Source: Hormiphora californensis | Lineage: Eukaryota; Animalia; Ctenophora | Assembly: GCA_020137815.1 (NCBI GenBank) | Contig: CM035354.1 | Location: 8,432,001-8,496,000 of the forward strand | Direction of reading: 5' to 3' | DNA: 64,000 bases | Part shown: one piece after another, positions 24,662-40,241 of the stretch | Position numbering within the stretch: position 1 is the stretch's first letter | Layout: each line of letters begins with the position of its first letter | The notes under the pieces: generated by a model | The model's input: the letters and a program-made list of their open reading frames with translations, nothing else | The model's database searches: none | Told to the model about the DNA's origin: nothing | Translations under genes and position numbers: made by a program

Positions 24662-27600
24662 ATGGCACCAAAGATAGATGGATATACATTTCAAGAGAAA
24701 CTAGGAACCGGCACCTACGCGGCAGTCTATAAAGCCAAGGTGAGCACTGTGTGTGTTTTGATGTAAGATCCTACTGTTAGAGGGTGTCACCATGCCTCAC
24801 ATTTTTACAGAATTCTTCATTTTTAGGACGTGTCCGGACAGCATGTGGCTATAAAATGTATCAAGAAAAGATCTCTTAGTAAACTGGGTGCAGATAATCT
24901 AATCACAGAGATTCAAGTATTAAAGAATCTAAAACACCGCCACATTGTTCAACTATACGATTTCTTGGTAAGTACATATATCTTCATCGAACCACGGAGT
25001 TTTTACGTCATCCGACCCGAAACCGGCTTAAATTTGGACATCCAAACATGTCAAAATATGTTTAACTTTTCATTTGGGCATGGGGTCATTTAGACCCTTT
25101 AATTACACTTGAATCACCCTACTTGTCATTAAATTTTAATGATATTTAATTACTTCCAATTACATTCCAGTTACCCTCCTCACTCACTAGGTTCAGGATT
25201 TCGTTACGAAGTCACCCCTAATATTGCATGGCAATAATAACAGAGGGGTAATTTCATTACCAAGTTCAGGATATCGAGAGATTTCGAACACATCCTAAAA
25301 ACCTTTCTGGTACTCCTAATTTAATTGCCGAGTTATGCATAACCCCTATTTTAAGTTGTTACTCAACAAATTTTGAGCGTTTTTCGCATCCTACCCCTTA
25401 TGGGTTTGGGTACGGCCATCGCCGCACCCCCTATATGTCGCGGGACCTCGAGATCTTTCCAACAAGCCCTAGAAAACCTCTACGAAGTACTTCAGGGGGC
25501 TTCAAAACTTTCATTGTAACTTTCACTCTGTAACTATTAGGGGGGGGGGGCGGCTGAAGTTTTTGAAGTTTGAAGTTTTCCACCCTACTTTTTGAGTTTT
25601 GGAAGTTTTTGAAGTTGACTTCAAAAACTTCAAAAACTCTAAACTACTTGTATATATGCTATCAGTGACTATTATTACACTTGTTTAAATTTAGGTTAGT
25701 TTCATGCTTAATACATATTGTGGCAAAGTTATCCGTCCTTGTCTGCTCTTTTTCTATCACAAATTAGGATATTTACAATGATTCCTAGCCATGATAATCC
25801 TTGGCACAATTTGGTGTAAAAACTGATTTTATTTTCATTCTATGTATAACTCAAAACATTGCCTAGAAAATACTAAGAAAGTGTTTAAAAATTATGAAGT
25901 AAATTTTCAAATTTTTTTGGGGCAACACCCTTTTTGCCAGTTTCACAAAATGCAAATTCTTTATGAAGGGAGTAGTGAAAAAAAATATGGACACCAAAAT
26001 CATCAGCGGTCTCGAGTTAGTGGGGGTACGTACCAAAATGAAGTCTCCACCTCATCTAATTCGAGGGATAATTTTCATAATTTTGTGTGTGTGCATGACT
26101 TTTTTTTGGGCTAGACCAGTTTTAATGGTTTATGAGTGACTATAGGCTTTTTAAATGGTGCATCTTGTTCGAAATATGCAAGTTTATATAAGAGTTATGA
26201 AGCAACATAGGGCCTATCTCCAACGGTTTAGGAGATATGAGTTTTTGAAGTTTTTGAAGTTTTCCACCCTAAGTTTCTCTTTGAAACTTCAGCCGCCGCC
26301 CCCCCAACTACTAGTTACATATGTTGCAGTATGACGATGAGAATATATACCTTATCTTGGAGTACTGCCGTTTAGGGGACCTGTCATCCTTTATCGCTGT
26401 TAAAGGGAGGGTGGAAGAGACTCTTGTCAAACAACTAACCCAGCAACTTGCACTGGCTCTCAGGTAGATCTTTAGTGTTTATATATAAGGGTTACTTGAT
26501 GTCCTGTTGTTTACCATCTCACTCTCTACTTTCAGGTATATGAATAAAAAACAAGTGGCCCATCTAGACCTCAAACCCCAAAACATTCTTCTTACCGGAA
26601 CACACAGAGAACCCCGGATTAAAGTGGCTGACTTTGGTTTTGCAAAGATCCTGAAATCCAATACACCATCAACGGACGCCTCGATACGAGGATCCCTCCT
26701 CTACATGGCTCCAGAGATAATTCTGACTCGGTCAAGTTATAACGAAACATTAGCCGATATGTGGAGTGTGGGTGTTATCATATTTGAGAGTCTTTGTGGT
26801 CGGGCCCCCTTCGCCTCTCGGACCTACGATGAACTACTCTTGAAAATATCGGACAAGAAACCAGTTCAAATTGAAGGAGTGGTCAGTGCCAGTAGACTAT
26901 GTATATCACTGATCAGCAAGTTGCTTGAACGGGACCCTGCCCATAGGCTTTCCTTTCAAAAGTTTTATAATCACCAATTTCTGGATATGGAGCATGCTCC
27001 AACCCCCTCCTCCCTTCCCGCTGCGGTACGTATTGCTCCAACCCCCTCCTCAATATCTATAGCAGTCATTTACAATACGGGGCGGCCACGAGAGTGCTCG
27101 ACCGGGGGTTAGAGGGAGCTGGATACAAATTGAAACACTTGTGTCAAACATATGTTTCATGATGTCAATGACACCAATCATCAGTGCTCAAATTAATTTG
27201 TTTAAAGTAGTGTTGAAAAGTTTGAAACTTTTCAACACTATTTTTCAACACTACTTTAAATAAATTAATTTGAGCACTGATGATTGGTGCCATTGACATC
27301 ATGAAACATATGTTTGCCACAAGCTAAAGTGTTTCAATTTGTATAGCAGTCATTTAAATATAATTGCAATATATAACTTGTGTAATTACCTTTAGAGAGA
27401 CCTGGTAGAGGAGGCAGTGTGTTGTGATACAGCAGGGGACTACGAGGAAGCCATCCGACTATACACCCGATCCCTCGATCACTTTCTCGCTGCAATTCAA
27501 TGTAAGGCAACACTTTATCACTGCAATTCAATGTAAGGCAACACTGCTACAACACAAGGGGACCCTTAATGCTGACTCAAACACACATTTTCAGATGAGC

Positions 27601-29087
27601 AAAGCGAGGAGAGAAAGGATGCGCTCCGAGCCAAGGTTGCTAAGTACATGTCCCGGGCTGAAGAGTTAAAGAGTCTGTTGAGGGATGGGAGGCCACGTAT
27701 AGCCACCAAGGAGGAGCTGATCCCTTGTCAACAACTGAGTAAGCCACTCGCCATCCATTTACCACATTGTGTATTGAGACCCAGCACTGAGAATGTGTCA
27801 TTGAGCCATCATCAGGTCACTTGACATAGTGTGTGAACACAGGCGGTCTATTTTGAGTTGCCAACTTGCTGTGACGCGCGGTCAAATATTTGTGTTGGTT
27901 CCCGCGCGCTCACTCTAGGGCCGCCCTAAAACTGTCTCCTCCCCGCCCTCTCATCGATAAAAGTCTTATTATAATCATGTTATTAACATTATTAATATTA
28001 AAATGCCCTTTTCAGTACAGTTATCGAAGGACAATGTACAGCTTAAAGCAGCGATGTCAAAACTGAAAGTAGCCCTTGACAAGGTGTGTACCCTGGTCTC
28101 TGTGTTAGCATTGTCTGGTGTTAATTGTACTTAGAAAGACTACTATGTTTTGTATAAAAACTAATATCCCGTTAGGACGAGAAAGGGGAGTATAGTTTGG
28201 CATTAGGACTGTATGAGAACGCTTTGGAAGCACTGCTTAGAGTGCACAAGAACTCACATGGTCGGATGAAGGAACTATTAAACAAAGAAGTGAGTCCCTT
28301 AGATCGCCAGTATTAAGTCGATCAGTAGGTTGTAATTGTGTCCTTTTTGTCTTATTTTGGCAATACAAGCATGATATTATCTAATTTTATAATTTTTAGC
28401 TCAGAAAACACATGAAGCGAGCTGAGGAAATCAAGAGCTTCCTCCTGGTACGTTACACCTGTTTAATATACTTCCCCACCCTAACAGCACATCACAGCAT
28501 CTAACTATATCTATTGCAAACTTGCCTACTTGGTTCGTCAGTGTGACGACGTGATTCGTAGCTATCACGTATATATCACAACTGCTTGCGAGCTTGATCA
28601 CATCACATCCATAGATAGGAGAAAGAGAAACGGAGGGATCACATCACATAGTATACAGCGAAAAAAAGATGCAAAAAAGAGAGACCCCTCCATTTGGGCT
28701 CCATTTGCGATCGGTACGATTGCCCTAGTTCCCCGCCCCTAACAGCACTTCACAGTACATGTTTTTGTTTAGACGGTACGAAAGGAAAATCAGGGCAACT
28801 ACAGTACACTCCCCTGCCAGTCCCGCTCCGCAGCTACCCAATCTACCCCAACAATAGAACAGCCACGACCTGCTGCAACTCTCCCTCGACCACCCAGAAC
28901 AGAGGGGGGCGCTGCTGGGGACTATGTAGGGGCTGCTGGGGATTATGTAGCTGTGGATAGGGACGAAGAGAAACCATGTAAGTTGTTACTATAATTACCA
29001 AGTGGAAGTGGATACTTTTACAGTCACATTAGAAAATTAACTGTTTACTGTCTAATGTTAATTTCAGATGAGTGTAGCCTAATGTGA
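24662..29087 (+). CDS. ULK3: Serine/threonine kinase ULK3 (kinase plus two MIT domains), ~11 exons, ends in CaaX (CSLM)
   Basis: EKLGTGTYAAVYKA, VAIKCIKKRSL..NLITEIQVLK.LKHRHIVQL, HLDLKPQNILL, KVADFGFA, RGSLLYMAPE, DMEHAPTPSSL. MIT exons DLVEEAVLCD..GDYEEAI.LY..SLDHF and RAKVAKYMSRAEELK; second MIT ...KHMKRAEEIK; terminal YECSLM*. Confidence 0.95.
25540..26305. mobile_element. Poly-G-ended TIR element (Mutator/foldback-like) in ULK3 intron 2
   Basis: (G)nCGGCTGAAGTTT ... AAACTTCAGCCGCCG(C)n; TSD AACTATTA/AACTACTA; GAAGTTTTT arrays. Confidence 0.75.
27140..27192 (-). ncRNA. Inverted second copy of the minimal hammerhead motif
   Basis: Reverse complement reads UUGAGCA CUGAUGA U UGGUGUC AUU GACAUCA U GAAA CAUAUG UU UGACACAA; stem II fully paired. 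Confidence 0.6.
27270..27322 (+). ncRNA. Minimal type I hammerhead ribozyme motif (Penelope-like/retrozyme class), sense to the ULK3 pre-mRNA
   Basis: CUGAUGA (27277-83), stem II UGGUGCC-AUU-GACAUCA, GAAA (27303-06), palindromic stem III CAUAUG, triplet GUU (cleavage after 27314), stem I UUGAGCA/UGCCACAA. Confidence 0.65.
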
Positions 29088-29358
29088 GAGGAAGTAACGA
29101 CTCTGTTCAGTCAACAAACAAACCAAACAATCCCGGGTTTTTCTAGTGAGAGGGAATTGTTAAAAATAATGAGCAATTTTACTTTGTTAGCGTTTGTATA
29201 ATAGAATTCAAGGATTTGTTTCCACCTTTATTTGAGCAAAGGGCTTTATATTTTCCATTTTCTCTCCGGCCACCTGGTAGTTTTGTGTCACAGCAGGGGA
29301 TGTTATCAGTCTGTTCTGAAAGGAAGGATAGACGGTGATGAGAGTGATGTTACAGATT

Positions 29359-29457
<99 letters not shown>

Positions 29458-30805
29458 GGGGGGGTACCAACCATTTTTGTGTACGGATGTACGGAAAAAG
29501 CAGGCAATATTTTTTTGTACGGTCCGTACAAAAAAATACAAAAAAATACAAAAAAATACAAAAAAGTTTACTGCTGTCGGGAACTTCTTTGGTGCCTTCT
29601 ACAGGTCTCTAGAGGCGCTCGAGGTCCTTCTATTGGCCTTTAAAGGCCTCTAGAGTGTTTATTTAGTTTATTTTACCATTCCCCGTCCCCACGACTCCTA
29701 ACTAGAACAAGTCTTACTAATGTGCAGAAATTCATAGCATTAGCGATGCCTAAATACACGACATGCAAGCAATGGAAATGCAAAAAGTGCCGATTTACGA
29801 ACAAGGGAACAAGCCTCACATGTGTGGGGATAGTGGGTAACATTACATAATACATTCTTCAGCATTACCAATTAACATCCAATTATGTCAATTAGCACCC
29901 TTAATTGGCATCAGAGGATTTCAAAAAGTAGCTCACGTAACTCAGCGTACCAAAATTAGTGGGGTTAATGCTCAAACTTGACTATTCAATGTCTTCTATG
30001 AAAATTGAAATTTCAATTTTTGACCAATTAGGTTCAATTATGGCCAATTATGGCACTTTCCTCACCTCTGAGCACTTTAAAAAGTAGCTCACGTGATTCA
30101 GCGTGCAAAAATATGTCGGGATAGTGCCCAAGCTTTATTTTCTGATGAAATTTCATTTTTCGGCCGAATATGCCTACTTATTCCCCCTCATGCCTGGAAA
30201 AAGGAGGCATAAGAAGGCCGAAAAACTGAAAAAGCCGAATCGGCCTCTCTCCCCCGGCCAATTGTGTGCGCGCTAGAATATATACTCTCAAATCGCAGTC
30301 ATATTAGCTCCTCCATGGTGTAGTGGTTATTACATCTGCTTGACACGCGGAAGGTCCCGGGTTCGAAACTCGCCCGGACCATTTTTTTTCAAAACTTTTA
30401 AAATACTATAAAAAAATTAGATTCAAAACCTCAACCGTTTTTAGACTATTTAATTAAAGTTCCACTATCTTGAACTATTATCAAACTAACTTAGACCACG
30501 GGAAAAAATCGGCCAAAATGGGGATAAATTTTGGCCATTCTCGGCCAAAAAATATGCTGGGACACCGGGATTATGAGTACTACGAAACTAGAGGGCTATA
30601 CAGGCCAGTATAAGGACCCCGCAAACCTCTAGAGACTTATAGGGGGCCCTAAAGAAGTTCCCTTCAGCAGTATATTTTTTTGTATTTTTTTGTATTTTTT
30701 TGTATTTTTTGTACGGAAAAAGCAGGGAATTTTGGTTATTTTTTTGTACGGACCGTACAAAAAAATACAAAAAAATACAAAAAAATAGGTTGGTACCCCC
30801 CCCCC
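29458..30805. mobile_element. Poly-G-ended TIR element inserted in a (CT)n microsatellite
   Basis: GGGGGGGTACCAACC ... GGTTGGTACCCCCCC; TSD CTCTCCCT; AAAAAATAC arrays; long subterminal inverted similarity (29480-29650 vs 30590-30780). Confidence 0.85.
30309..30381 (+). pseudogene. tRNA-Val-derived sequence (GAC anticodon, broken acceptor stem) inside a TIR element
   Basis: A box TGGTGTAGTGG, anticodon arm TCTGC-TTGACAC-GCGGA, B box GGTTCGAAAC, followed by T8; the 5' and 3' acceptor strands do not pair. Confidence 0.75.
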
Positions 30806-30889
<84 letters not shown>

Positions 30890-30904
30890 TTCTCTCTCCC
30901 TCTA

Positions 30905-30960
<56 letters not shown>

Positions 30961-31265
30961 TTTCTCTCTCCCTCTATCTCTCTCGATCTCGATCTTTCTC
31001 TTTCTTCATGAGCACTTTCGGTATGAGTTATGTTACGTATCCCATGGTATCATTAACAATAGTGCAATTACGTTTGGTAGGCCCGTGTGTGTGTGTGTGT
31101 GTGTGTGACTAGTCTATGTGACCTAATCCATGAGCAGTGTAACTGCCCTTAGTAACTACATGGGGCGCCCCTTTTTATTCTACCTCATCCCTAACTGCAC
31201 TCACTTCTCCATACGCCTTGTTTGTTCTTGTTTTCTGTCTCGTACATCCCCCACCACTACACACC

Positions 31266-32865
31266 ATGCCAGTGAACAACAAGTTTAAAAAACCTGAGCC
31301 TGCTAAAGAGCCGGCTAAGGCTGAACCAGCTGCTGAACCTGCCAAAGCGGCTGCTGCACCTTTGGGGGACGATAAAACTGCAGGTAACACCAGGACACAT
31401 TTTGTTACCCTGTTCTACCATCTCTTTTCATTGTTGTGACATACTTTCACTGTACTATCTCTTGTATTGAGAGCAATAATGGACCTAATAATGTTAATAT
31501 CATTGATATCCCTCCCTAGAACTAAAGGAAGTGTTTGCTGCCTTTGATTTGGTCGGTGACAACAATATTGAGGTCAGCCAGATGGGAGATGTGATGAGGG
31601 CCGGTGGAATCAACCCTACCAACGTAATACAACCTGTTCTCCTCTCACTCCCTAAACCTGTCCTCCTCTTACTCCCTGGACCTGTCTCCCTCTCACTCCC
31701 TGAACCTGTCCCTCTCTCACTCCCTGAACCTGTTCCCCTCTCACTCCCTAAACCTGTCCCCCTCTCACTCCCTGTCCCCTGAACCTGTCCCCCTCTCACT
31801 CCCTAAACCTGTCCCCTCTCACTCCCTGAACCTGTCTCCCTCTCACTCCCTGAACCTGTCTCCCTCTCACTCCCTGAACATGTCCCCCTCTCACTCCCTG
31901 AACCTGTCCCCCTCTCACTCCCTGAACCTGTCCCCCTCTCACTCCCTAAACCTGTCCCCTTTCACTCCCTGAACCTGTCCCCCTCTCACTCCCTAAACCT
32001 GTTCCCCTCTCACTCCGTGAACCTGTCCCCCTCTCACTCCCTGAACCTGTCCCCCTCTCACTTCCTAAACATGTTCCCCTCTCACTCCCTGTCCCCAGGA
32101 ACAACTGCAGAAGTCACAAGATGGGATTGATAAGGATCACAGTAAGCGGATTGGATTCAGACGGTAAGTCATGAGACAAGATTTACTACACTACCTCACT
32201 ACTAAACTACTACTAAACTACTACTACTACTAATCTACTAAGCTATAATGTTACAGTACTACCTGTTTCAGGTTTCTTCCTGCCTTTGAGACGGTAAAGA
32301 AAGAGTTAGATGCTAAGAACATTTCACAGGAGGACTATGTCTGTGGGTTAAGTGAGTTTGATAGAGATGTAACTGGGCTTCTTTACACTGCTGATCTCAG
32401 GGCTAACCTGATTAGACGAGGTAATTAGCACAATTCATATATTATTGATAAATTAGTACAGTCCCCATAGAACCAGTAGTGTAACTGTACCAGTAGTGTA
32501 ACTGTACACAACATGTTGTTTCAGGAGACACGCTGACAGACTCAGAGGTGACTGAGATGTTTAGAGGACTGGAGGATGATAAAGGAATGATCAGATACAA
32601 AGGTAATGCCGGATAGCTGTCTCAGGTTATTGCATATTTGGTTCAGGACGCCTATATTAGGAATACTAAGCGCTACTTTGTTTTGTTCAAACCCATTTTA
32701 TCTTATTCCAGCTTGGCAAGCGCCACTTTCATTTTTGTGTTTCAGGTTCAGGTTGGACCGCTTATAAGATCTAACTTTGTGTTTGTTTTTACATAACCCC
32801 CAATTGTTCCAGATTTGGTTAGTAAGTTGCACGAAAAGAGTAAATTGTTGGAAATGCAGCAGTAA
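31266..32865 (+). CDS. Myosin essential light chain paralog 1 (long Lys/Pro/Ala-rich N-terminus), 6 exons
   Basis: [33 protein letters not shown]|[34 protein letters not shown]|EQLQ..KRIGF|[28 protein letters not shown]|[24 protein letters not shown]|DLVSKL. ELC signatures GDVMRA.G.NPTN and EDY..G...FD. Confidence 0.9.
31632..32096. repeat. ~24-bp minisatellite filling MLC1 intron 2
   Basis: (CCTGTCCCCCTCTCACTCCCTGAA)n, ~19 copies, running into the acceptor CCTGTCCCCAG. Confidence 0.9.
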
Positions 32866-34056
32866 CAGGACGGTCTATAACAGAGGCTTCTAGGTGGGTG
32901 TTATCTGGCAGTGAAATCTGGCTATTATTTTCATACCTCACTGAAGAGCTCTTACTTCAACCCATGCGACAGTGAATAACGTACCAGCAGGCCCCTTTTG
33001 AACCACGGGTCCCATTCTTTAGTACTGAACGGAGAGAGATGTGTGTTGGGCGTGAGAGAGTGTGATATATGATGTGTGAATTTAGTAGACCGATTTGAAG
33101 TTCACAAAATTAAAGTTCATGTGTTCTTGATCGTGTAGGTTTATAGAAATTCAGAATAACACTATCACCATTTACAAATGAAGATATCCTTACGGCCCTG
33201 ATTCCTGAATGACGGTCTCAGAACCAATATTCCGGGGAATTTCTTTACTTTTTTCTCCCTCTCCTGTGGTCTGTATTTACCCGGAAGCTAACCCTGTAAT
33301 CGGTTTACCTTTATTCCCGTCACTGTATATCACTAAGTGTGGAGACGCTTCCTGGTAGCGACCCTCACTCAGTCACGTTACTGGTCACATGACAACACTG
33401 CGCTGCTATCACGTGCACTATTGGACCAATGTTGGGAATATAGTGAAGGGATTGCATTTTTATAAAGCTCTACTGACTACCTACAACAAACTTTCTCCCC
33501 CTGCTGCTTCTAATGTATTAACAGTATTAGAAAGGATAGGTAACCCTAGAAAGAGCAGAAAAAGTTAACTTCATTAGTGTGCCGCGGATCACGTGACCAA
33601 TGCTTGTTCTACACCTCCCTCTCCCTACACTTATTTCTCCTCGACCACTACTCCACTCCTCCTCTCCGCTTCCCCTTCCTTTGTTACCGACCCATAGTAC
33701 TGAACATTCTCTGACCACGTCATTTCAAGCGATACCATTTGATGCTTTCGAAGTGAAAAACACCAGAATGCTATTTAGATTTAGCCTTTATCAATTTCGA
33801 ATAGTTGGAAAACTCAAGGACCAGTTGGAAATCTAGATATCAACAGCTTTTATCATTGGAAAAGTGTGGGACTCCCTAACTAAAATCATATTTGACTAGA
33901 CTTCACTAAAACTTTCCAGTTCTTCTTTCTAGTTCTCTCTATCTCTGTAATAATTCTCTCTCCCTCTATTTATATTTCTCTCACTTTCCAACCTTCTGCA
34001 GTCTTAGTCACACACAGAGTAATACACACATGTACCTTTATACGCTTCTTTTTTCA

Positions 34057-34106
<50 letters not shown>

Positions 34107-34612
34107 TTCCCTCTCTATCCCTCATGTTCTTGCTCACAAGCTTGACGACAGGTGGAGGGGTCACGTGTAGTGCTAGTGCAAATCAGCCCTTCCCCTCCTA
34201 CCATTGGCCCAGTACTAAAGTCGCGTGACTGCATACCTGTCACTGCCTAGCTACCTTCCCTGGCTTCCCTTTCCTTTCCCCGCACAGCAAGTTACAGCGG
34301 CTATTAACTATTGACCACCGCCACCAGCGCTAACTTGAGGGGGTGCTTTATTTAGCTTGTGCCTCTTGCTGTAATGTGACAATTAAATAAGCGTCATGCA
34401 CCCCCTCTCCATTTAGTTGAACAGGCTGTATAGTCCCCTGCAATTCCGGGTACTTTTTGTTGGTTAGTTCTCGAACATGTCCTCACAGAATCTCTCTTGG
34501 CTATAACCATCAGTAGTAGTATGTCTTTTAGTTGTTGTATTGTTCCTGGCCAATACTAAACTAATCTATTAACTCATTATTTGTAGCTTGTTCTCACTTC
34601 GTCCCTTCTAAA

Positions 34613-37290
<2,678 letters not shown>

Positions 37291-37814
37291 ATGATTTCTG
37301 TTCCTCCCCAATCCTACCCAATCTGGCCGACCACCTGGGCCAGTTAGGGCACAGTGCAAGTAACGCAATTGGTTGTTGTGGCGCCACAACTCGACCGGGT
37401 TAACAACCCACATTCATTGGACTCTAGCTCTCGCGACTCTTTAGACATGTTTGCATTACGTATAAACTTGGGCTCAATTTTATACAGTTTGTAAATTATA
37501 TTTTGATATTAATGCATGCTTGTTTATAAAACGGTTGTGTTTCAATTTGAACTTATACGGTGGCATGGGCAATGGCATGACAATGACAAGGGAACCTCTG
37601 TGTTGTTGGTGTTTACAATGGGGGGGGGGGGGAGTAACATGTGCAGAAAACTTTTTGTGCACGTCACCTGTCACTTTGTGACTCACAAAGTGTTACACTT
37701 ACCCTCCAAGTGTTACACTTACCCTCCACTTACCTACCCTTACAAAACAGTGGTTAATGTGACAGTTGACATTCCTTCGGCCCGGTGTGATAGCTGACAG
37801 ACAAGGAACATGTC

Positions 37815-38012
37815 AACTGTATGGCGGCGCCATCCCCTATTTGATTCTCAAACAGTGCGCTCAGGTGGGGTCGGCGGCGCCAGACAGATCCGGGATTGGT
37901 TTAGAATTAGTGGTACTGGTAGACGGTATTGGACTATCTGGCGCCGCCGACCCCCCATCTGAGCGCAGTTTGAGAATCAAATTGGGGTCTGCAGCGCCGC
38001 CAGACAGGTATT
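37815..38012. mobile_element. Palindromic MITE-like element
   Basis: ACTGTATGGCGGCGC..TTTGATTCTCAAACAGTGCGCTCAG vs CTGAGCGCAGTTTGAGAATCAAA..GCGCCGCCAGACAGGT; related motif at ~58643. Confidence 0.6.
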
Positions 38013-38973
38013 GGATCACTGAATAACAGTGCTGCTTGTAGTACGGTGTCTGAATAATATGGTATCTGACCATTACGGTTTCTGAAATAATACATGTATC
38101 TCGACCAAAACGCGGAGTTTTTAATTTGGCAGGTGAGAAGAAGCCCGACCGGTTAAGGGACCCTTTAAGGGACCCTTTTAGGGACCCTTTAAGGGACCCT
38201 AGAAAGTTAAGGGACCCTTTAAGGGACCCTAGAAAGTTAAGGGACCCTTTGATGAGGTAGAACGAATCGTGAGCACTACCCTCGTATCAGTTCACATTGT
38301 AAGCGGCTCCACTGCTAATGAGGTACACCGAATCGTGGTCAGTACCTTCGTATCAGCTTACGTGATTCAGCTTATCAAAATTAGTCGGAAAAGTGCCTTC
38401 ACATAAGCGTCTATCGTTTCCAGGTGAAAAGTTGTAAGTGGGGTCAATTAGACCCTATTATGCTCAATTAGGACACTTTCCCGACCTCTGAGGGATTGGA
38501 AAAGTTGCTTACGTGATTCAGAGTATCAAAATTAGTCGGGTACAGCGGTTTTCGCTTTGATATAAGTAAGTTTCAGTTTGTTGGCCGGAATCTGCCACGT
38601 GGTTGGCAGATTCTGGCCAAGGTTTTTTAGAATCTTGGCCGAGATCTGCCACTCGCGTGGCAGATTCCGGCCAATAATTTTAAGGACATGTTTATTTTTA
38701 TTTTGAAATAAATTTTTTATAAAACTTCAAGCAAAAATATTTCACTTGACTAAAAAAACACTTGGCCGGAATCTGCCACCGTACCCTCGTGGCAGATGAT
38801 TCAGGCCAATAATTTTAATGAAATTTTTATTTTGAAATATGATTTTTATAAAACTTGGCTGGTATCTGCCACCGTACATTTTACTCACTCACACTGAGTA
38901 ACTCAGGAGAGGGTCACCTAACGCTTGAAGAGGGTAATTTTAAATCTCTGACACTATCGTCCCTACTATAATA

Positions 38974-39992
38974 GGGGGGGGGGGGTGACACGTAACACTT
39001 TGTAACACTTTGTAACATGTAACGTGCACAAAAAGTTTTCTGCACATGTTACAAAGTGTTACATAGTGTTACAAAGTGTTACAAAGTGTTACAAAGTGTT
39101 ACATAGTGTTACAAAGTGTTACATAGTGTTACAAAGTGTTACATAGTGTTACAAAGTGTTACAAAGTGTTACATAGTGTTACATAGTGTTACAAAGTGTC
39201 ACAAAGTGTTACATAGTGTCACAAAGTGTTACAAAGTGTTACAAATTGTTACAAAATATTTACAAAATATATAAGACGGTTGGTGAATAAGTAATATGAA
39301 CGACTTTGGTGTCTTTCTAGAACACATCTAAAAGTTTTAAATCATTTCTAGGGTTAAAACATACACTTTTTTACTAATTTGCAGATGTTTTGAGCCTCCG
39401 ATGTCATCGACTGTGGGAATCAGGGCTGAAATAGTCCATTTGGTAAAGAAAATATGAACTTTAGACAACGGTTAAGTTTTTAGAGTGATATTAAAAGTAT
39501 TGTGCCTCTCAGAGGCCCCCAATGTGCTGAGTCACCTGTGAGTTGTGACCCAATCGACTTTTTTTTCATTGGTAATCGATTACAACCACACAAACGTTTC
39601 TGTTGGAAAAAGAAATAAAATTTTTCCAAAATCAATTTTTTGGTCAAAGATTGAAAATTTGCTTCGCTACAAATCCTTGTGTGTTTGTAAATATTTTGTA
39701 ACAATTTGTAACACTTTGTAACAATTTGTAACACTTTGTGACACTATGTAACACTTTGTAACAATTTGTAACACTATGTAACACTTTGTAACACTATGTA
39801 ACACTTTGTAACACTTTGTAACACTATGTAACACTTTGTAACACTATGTAACACTTTGTAACACTTTGTAACACTATGTAACACTTTGTAACACTATGTA
39901 ACACTTTGTAACACTATGTAACACTTTGTAACACTTTGTAACATGTAACGTGCACGTTACAAAGTGTTACAAAGTGTTACGTGTCACCCCCC
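38974..39992. mobile_element. Foldback element with 10-bp (GTTACAAAGT) arrays in its arms
   Basis: (G)nTGACACGTAACACTTTG ... CAAAGTGTTACGTGTCA(C)n; TSD CTATAATA; related fragments at ~37620-37700 and ~60226-60295. Confidence 0.9.
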
Positions 39993-40241
39993 CTATAATA
40001 GCCCTCATCACCAAGCCCATTATTCCTTTCTTTCAAAATAAAACACGATATAGTTTATGGTGAGGACACCCTGGTGGACGTCAAATAAGTTGTGTGACAA
40101 ATGGGTACCATGACAAACCAACAACAAAGGGACCAACTTCGCATAACATATTTGTGGGCGAAAAATATAAAATATCAAGTAGATGAAGATCACCCTCACT
40201 CTGACACACTCTAATTACACATGCCCCCACCATTGTGACCC

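Larger units (their letters stand above)
27073..27341. mobile_element. Retroposed foldback insertion carrying the hammerhead pair
   Basis: Exact 15-bp direct repeat TATAGCAGTCATTTA at 27058-27072 and 27342-27356; ~100-bp inverted arms 27123-27219 / ~27242-27344. Confidence 0.75.

Noticed and set aside
30309-30381. Functional tRNA-Val gene
   Set aside because: The acceptor stem cannot pair, the anticodon is atypical for eukaryotes, and it lies inside a transposon.
38990-39980. CRISPR-like or telomeric array
   Set aside because: Contiguous 10-bp tandem units without spacers, arranged as inverted arms of a TSD-flanked element.
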